DNA of 64,000 bases from positions 216,084 to 280,083 of the forward strand of contig NMRA01000511.1 of NCBI GenBank assembly GCA_002633005.1, in the 5' to 3' direction. The position numbers were made by a program, and so were the translations under genes. The notes under the pieces are model-generated. The model made no database searches, was not told the origin of the DNA, and saw nothing but the letters and a program-made list of their open reading frames with translations. Every line of letters starts with the position of its first letter. Position 1 is the first letter of the stretch. Origin of the DNA: Phoronis australis. Taxonomy: Eukaryota; Animalia; Phoronida. Positions 61,101-64,000 of the stretch are shown piece after piece.

Positions 61101-64000
61101 ATCTGGAGTCTCTTTTGTAGTCGTTGTCGCTTCCATTTCTCCCTTATTTTCTCTCGTTTGGATAGAATAGGTGTGAAGCCGTTAGGATCAGTGGACGGAG
61201 TAAATATGATCGTGAAGATGTCTAATGACAAGACGAAACGTTGATTTGACATGAACTTTTTTATTTGTGCTTTGATCGTCCGGTTTTTAATCTTACTGTG
61301 GCCAAAAACTGGTTTAATTAAAATTCGCTTCCGTTTGAGTGTTGTAGTACGATCGCCCGAAGCTGAAGACGCATTTAAGTTCACTTGAGTCTGGTCTGTT
61401 GAGCACTGACCATTAGGGGAAGAGAAGAGCTGATTGTATATGTGTATAACGCGTGCTTGGACTTGAGTTCGTCTCCGCGTTCACCTCATTCATGAGGTGG
61501 AACAAAGCCTGGCCCATCAGTGTCCCTGCATCACAAAGGTGTGGGGCCCTGAGCTAGGCTCGACACCTCCCTTCCTGGATCACTCAACAAAAGGTAACAC
61601 TTCCAGCGCAAGAGTTAACCAACGCAGACGAGTCATCTTTGGAATGGTATATCTATATCTAACAAAAGACCATCGCTATTGTCTAGTACACAACCCGCTA
61701 CCCTGTGTAGTGCGGGCTCCCCAGAATTCTTAGCCAGGAAATCCCTGTATCATCTTCCTCCAGCCGCGGATGGGTTCAGACTCAAGAGCCAGCATGATTT
61801 CTGTGTCACCTGGCCCAAAACGGGAGCTAAAGGCACCCGAGGGATGTCAACAGAAGCCTGACCATCAACTACAACAATCGTGTATCCAATGCTATATGCA
61901 GTTTCCGACAGAAATTCCAAAAGTCTGTACTTTGAAGCGGTCACGACAGCAGGCAATGGCTAGCTACAAAGACAAACTCCCCAGGAAGGGAGGAGTGTTT
62001 TAGTCTAATCTCTACCGTTCGACCTAACCAGCTCGGATTACTCTAATGGGGAATAAATCTCCCAGCGAATAGCACCGTTGTGTTAAGAGCTTCGGACCTC
62101 ACCATTTAGTGTTGGACCTGATTTCCGTGTTCTTGATAACTTTCAATGGAAGTGGTTAATGACTCCGCCATTAGTAAGCACTCAGACAAGTTCTGTAAAT
62201 ACACAACAACCTTCCGTTTATTGTTCAAGTGAGCGATGTACAGGACACTCGAAGAATGTCCAAACTTGCCCCTACAAAATTTGGTACCTCATATCGCAAA
62301 AGTGATCGATCGGATTCATATAAGACTTTCAGATACCATGCTTTGAGTACTGTTCTCCAAAACGTTTTCGGCAAATTTTTGCGAGAGGGTCAAGGATTTG
62401 TATTAAATTGAAAATGAAATGATCATTTAAAAAACTGTCACACAATGTTTGGGATTTCATCCTATAAAAAACGAAATTTGGTCCAATTATTGATGGTTTT
62501 ATTTTGTAATGGATTTACTTTTTTTACTAAATTTTGTTAAAATGGCAAGGTTACGTGACCCAGATAGATGTTATAGCAGATTTGAATAATACTAAACATC
62601 AAAATCCACTTTCTGTTTTCAGAAAATGTATGTTTTTTCTAGGTACCCTTGCATTGTTGATGAGGTCCAACAAAATCATCAACTCTCAAGACCTTGAAAA
62701 TGATATTCGCAAAGTCGGAATTAGCATTTTATGAACTGAGCAGCTTTGAGCGTGGGCATCCAAAAGTGAGACAGGTAACATTTTCGAGGAAGGTGTTTAG
62801 CAAAGCAAGTCTCTCAGTGCGGAGCTTTTCTCTATTTCAGCTTGTTACAATCATGACTGTGAACACTTCTGTGTAGCGTCCACAGAGGGCTCTTACTCCT
62901 GTCTGTGCGCAGATGGATACATACTGGACACGTATAACAAGGTTTGCTTAGGTATGTTTGACGTCTTTATTGCTGCAGAGTTTGACACTTCGCCATAATT
63001 AATAAGTCCCAAAGGTCAAAAACCTTAAGTATATGATTAAACGTCTATTCCACCCACTCAGTCGTGACACTTTAACCCCTTCATACCAATGCGGTATTAG
63101 CTCCTTACATTTGTCCAAACAATGAAATGTATAAGTATTGGTTGGTAACAGCCCCTCATTGAAACAATCTTCGTTGGAGGAGCGACTGTACTTTTTGTCA
63201 GAAAATTTAATGTATACTCGCTTGTACTCTCTATAAAACCTCTTCTCTTCCGGTGTACTAACCTAGAGTACAGTGGTGCCATTAACTAAGTTCATAATGA
63301 ATCAAGACAAAACATACAATACACCATTATGGTCATCAATGTTCAGCAAACTATTACAAAACATTAAGACCGTGACATGCACTCATTTATCTCGCAATAC
63401 ATGTGTATGTGATTTTAGTAATATGTCAGTTGTCTGAAAAAGAACAGGAACTTAACACAGAACCGATCTTGAGGCCTTTTAAGAGCTTTATTTTAATAGC
63501 ATATTGCTAGTCAGTTTTGGCTCTTATCTAAAGTGGCCAGTCTTTCAGTTACAGCTGACTTCTTTGAAGGTCGTTTTCAGAGACGTCTTCAATTGGTTTG
63601 CAGCAAAGCGATACAAATACATGGTCGAAAAATGTCATTATAATTGAGGATGGTTCTAAGGGTATGACGCAACATAAAAATGGGAATGATAAAATTCCAT
63701 TTTATGAACGCTTTGTATATTAAGGTTGTTGAACCGTAACGTTTTGCAGAAGTCACCAAGCCGACCGGCCCATATTACGCCATCACCTATGGATCACAAG
63801 TGGCCCTGGTTGCCACGACCAACACATTGGACAAGACGTCCATATTAAGCGAGGTATCCCCTGATCCAGAGAATCAAATGTGGACTCGCGTTGATGTCAA
63901 CTACTACCAAAGGGCGCTATACCTGGTGAACTCTGCTGCAGACACCATCGACTTGATGAAGGTCAACAATATGAATTCCGTCACGAATGTAGTTAAAAAT
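34415..64000 (+). CDS. LDL-receptor-related (YWTD beta-propeller/EGF) protein with LRP5/6-like architecture; 3' partial, 14 exons seen
   Basis: Exons 34415-34496, 43913-44152, 44690-44861, 46054-46178, 47398-47569, 48271-48386, 49245-49373, 53541-53804, 54513-54693, 55646-55798, 58162-58279, 59813-59972, 62841-62951 and 63750-(64000) splice in frame (758 codons). Signal peptide, six YWTD-like blades plus EGF, six more blades plus EGF, then the start of a third propeller. Confidence 0.9.
37586..42135 (+). mobile_element. Helentron/HINE-like non-autonomous element with ~430-bp internal repeats and a triplicated 3' hairpin end
   Basis: 5' AACTAGA plus hairpin ttgtcac-ggc-gtgacaa; tgacc-rich repeats; (AAGAAT)n; three copies of the module ...aacaacagtac(t/c)ctgcgc-ttacac/ttgtac-gcgcagagtaa. 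Confidence 0.65.
38536..41688 (+). mobile_element. Academ DNA transposon, degraded and internally deleted
   Basis: TTA|TAGTCGGTGGGCCAGAT...ATCTGGCCCACCGACTA|TTA, with imperfect TIRs of ~150 bp. Relics: KDLVS.EAKYHRSSCY (~40225), LTLHCLRANHQCAV and a Cys-rich CKCKKNMC...CTEMCSCDNCSN (~40800-40900). Confidence 0.85.
42940..43252. mobile_element. Fold-back/MITE with ~67-bp inverted arms
   Basis: 42940-43006 is the reverse complement of 43186-43252 with few mismatches. Confidence 0.75.
43698..43772. repeat. (GCGT)n(GT)n microsatellite
   Basis: Seen directly. Confidence 0.9.
43913..44152 (+). CDS. LRP-like exon 2 (propeller 1)
   Basis: ttccag|DYAFVSDS...MACDTKSQYIYWVD...SLDF|gtaagt. Confidence 0.9.
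44690..44861 (+). CDS. LRP-like exon 3
   Basis: tttcag|NSIGGLAVDENARLVFFTD...PTGIAVDPQNR|gtatgc. Confidence 0.92.
46054..46178 (+). CDS. LRP-like exon 4
   Basis: tatcag|LLYWSD...IEVSNYDGTNIRV...AMTYDQI|gtaagt. Confidence 0.92.
47398..47569 (+). CDS. LRP-like exon 5
   Basis: tttcag|GHTLYWCDSVTHRIESY...IAVDNESIYYISKEN|gtaagt; absent from the ORF track. Confidence 0.9.
48271..48386 (+). CDS. LRP-like exon 6
   Basis: tttcag|HIMYVNKMN...FGKLEGLTLCKDDMLYK|gtaatt. Confidence 0.82.
49245..49373 (+). CDS. LRP-like exon 7 (EGF-like domain 1)
   Basis: ctgcag|GPTQCDKNNGDCQFICLP...KCQCLEGHRLLQDAKNCTK|gtaagg. Confidence 0.93.
49750..49950. repeat. GA-rich low-complexity tract
   Basis: Seen directly; abuts the truncated Gypsy 5' LTR. 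Confidence 0.9.
49950..52412 (+). mobile_element. Degenerate Ty3/Gypsy LTR retrotransposon (gag-protease-RT, 3' deleted)
   Basis: PBS-like TGGTGCCAGAG at 49977; gag knuckles CTFC..TH..KCPA...CASCGKQNHW; protease DCGAEGNILP; RT DWVNS..KKSNGQVRRCFDPKDLN and GRHMLKRLPF; PPT aaagagaggaa, then 3' LTR 52273-~52412 whose end matches 49951-49976. Confidence 0.87.
52608..52859 (+). mobile_element. MITE family B with 5-bp TSD
   Basis: ATTTT|CATGCTCGCACCCAG...CTGTGTGCGCGCATG|ATTTT; related to the inverted copy at ~30790-30893. Confidence 0.75.
52940..53325. repeat. Degenerate 17-19-bp minisatellite (ctgtcacaccaagggg-like)
   Basis: About 20 variant units of tgtcacacc(a/g)aggg. Confidence 0.85.
53541..53804 (+). 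CDS. LRP-like exon 8 (propeller 2)
   Basis: tgatag|GRYNHG...DMDLYYAKKSIVAFD...ILSLSMDG...IYE|gtggga. Confidence 0.85.
54513..54693 (+). CDS. LRP-like exon 9
   Basis: ctatag|GTSNEVHGVAVDWVHGNVYWTD...NLEKPWGIAVHPLMG|gtaggt. Confidence 0.93.
55182..55197 (-). promoter_or_regulatory. Consensus-like CTCF binding motif
   Basis: Minus strand GGCCACTAGATGGCGC matches the CCASYAGRKGGCRS consensus; binding untested. Confidence 0.5.
55646..55798 (+). CDS. LRP-like exon 10
   Basis: tgtcag|YIFWAD...KIERSGLDGSERVAIV...PQALTIDYEGNR|gtaagc. Confidence 0.93.
57822..58128. other. (TA)n(GA)n microsatellite spanning an assembly gap (153 N, 57904-58056)
   Basis: Seen directly. Confidence 0.95.
58162..58279 (+). 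CDS. LRP-like exon 11
   Basis: tttcag|VCFTNVGMVQCVNYTGGER...HFTGMTIYH|gtaagt. Confidence 0.87.
58333..58660 (+). mobile_element. Possible tRNA-derived SINE interrupted by a small MITE (~58400-58550)
   Basis: A-box-like tgcctaagtgg and B-box-like tttcgaatcc; internal inverted aggacct/aggtcct arms. Confidence 0.4.
59813..59972 (+). CDS. LRP-like exon 12
   Basis: tttcag|GYVFIADYR...KPHGIVMYADDRQP...|gtaggc. Confidence 0.9.
60800..62205 (+). mobile_element. Degraded Gypsy-type LTR element 3' part (integrase relic, PPT, LTR)
   Basis: IAIV*YTTRYP, KSLYH...DG and MLYA..EIP resemble integrase core motifs; PPT aggaagggaggag, then TGT...ACA (61996-~62205). Confidence 0.55.
62841..62951 (+). CDS. LRP-like exon 13 (EGF-like domain 2)
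   Basis: tttcag|ACYNHDCEHFCVASTEGSYSCLCADGYILDTYNKVCL|gtatgt. Confidence 0.92.
63750..64000 (+). CDS. LRP-like exon 14 (start of propeller 3; runs off the window)
   Basis: ttgcag|EVTKPTGPYYAITYG...VDVNYYQRALYLVNS...; open to the window end. Confidence 0.82.

Noticed and set aside
60992-61384. 130-aa basic minus-strand ORF
   Set aside because: No recognisable motif; it lies in a TE-derived part of an intron and cannot be supported as a gene without a search.

Overview
This is eukaryotic DNA, probably from a bilaterian invertebrate: AT-rich, intron-rich and dense in transposable elements (TEs), with one assembly gap at 57904-58056. Two spliced + strand genes can be rebuilt by hand from GT-AG junctions. 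(1) A complete 10-exon SLC22-family MFS transporter (2610-29263, 576 aa). (2) The 5' part of a secreted or membrane LDL-receptor-family protein (14 exons, 758 codons, 34415 to past the window end) built as signal peptide-[YWTD propeller-EGF]x2-propeller. Introns and intergenic DNA hold a nested TE record. An RTE-X/L2-type LINE is split by a 7.5-kb TA-flanked TIR element and by a THAP-bearing Kolobok-like element, and an Academ element sits inside a Helentron-like element. There are also Gypsy remnants and hAT- and Harbinger-type MITEs. The most notable non-coding signals are an inverted pair of Penelope-type minimal hammerhead ribozymes in SLC22 intron 6, a possible composite MITE transposon and tandem arrays of CTCF-like motifs. 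All calls were made by eye, without database searches.
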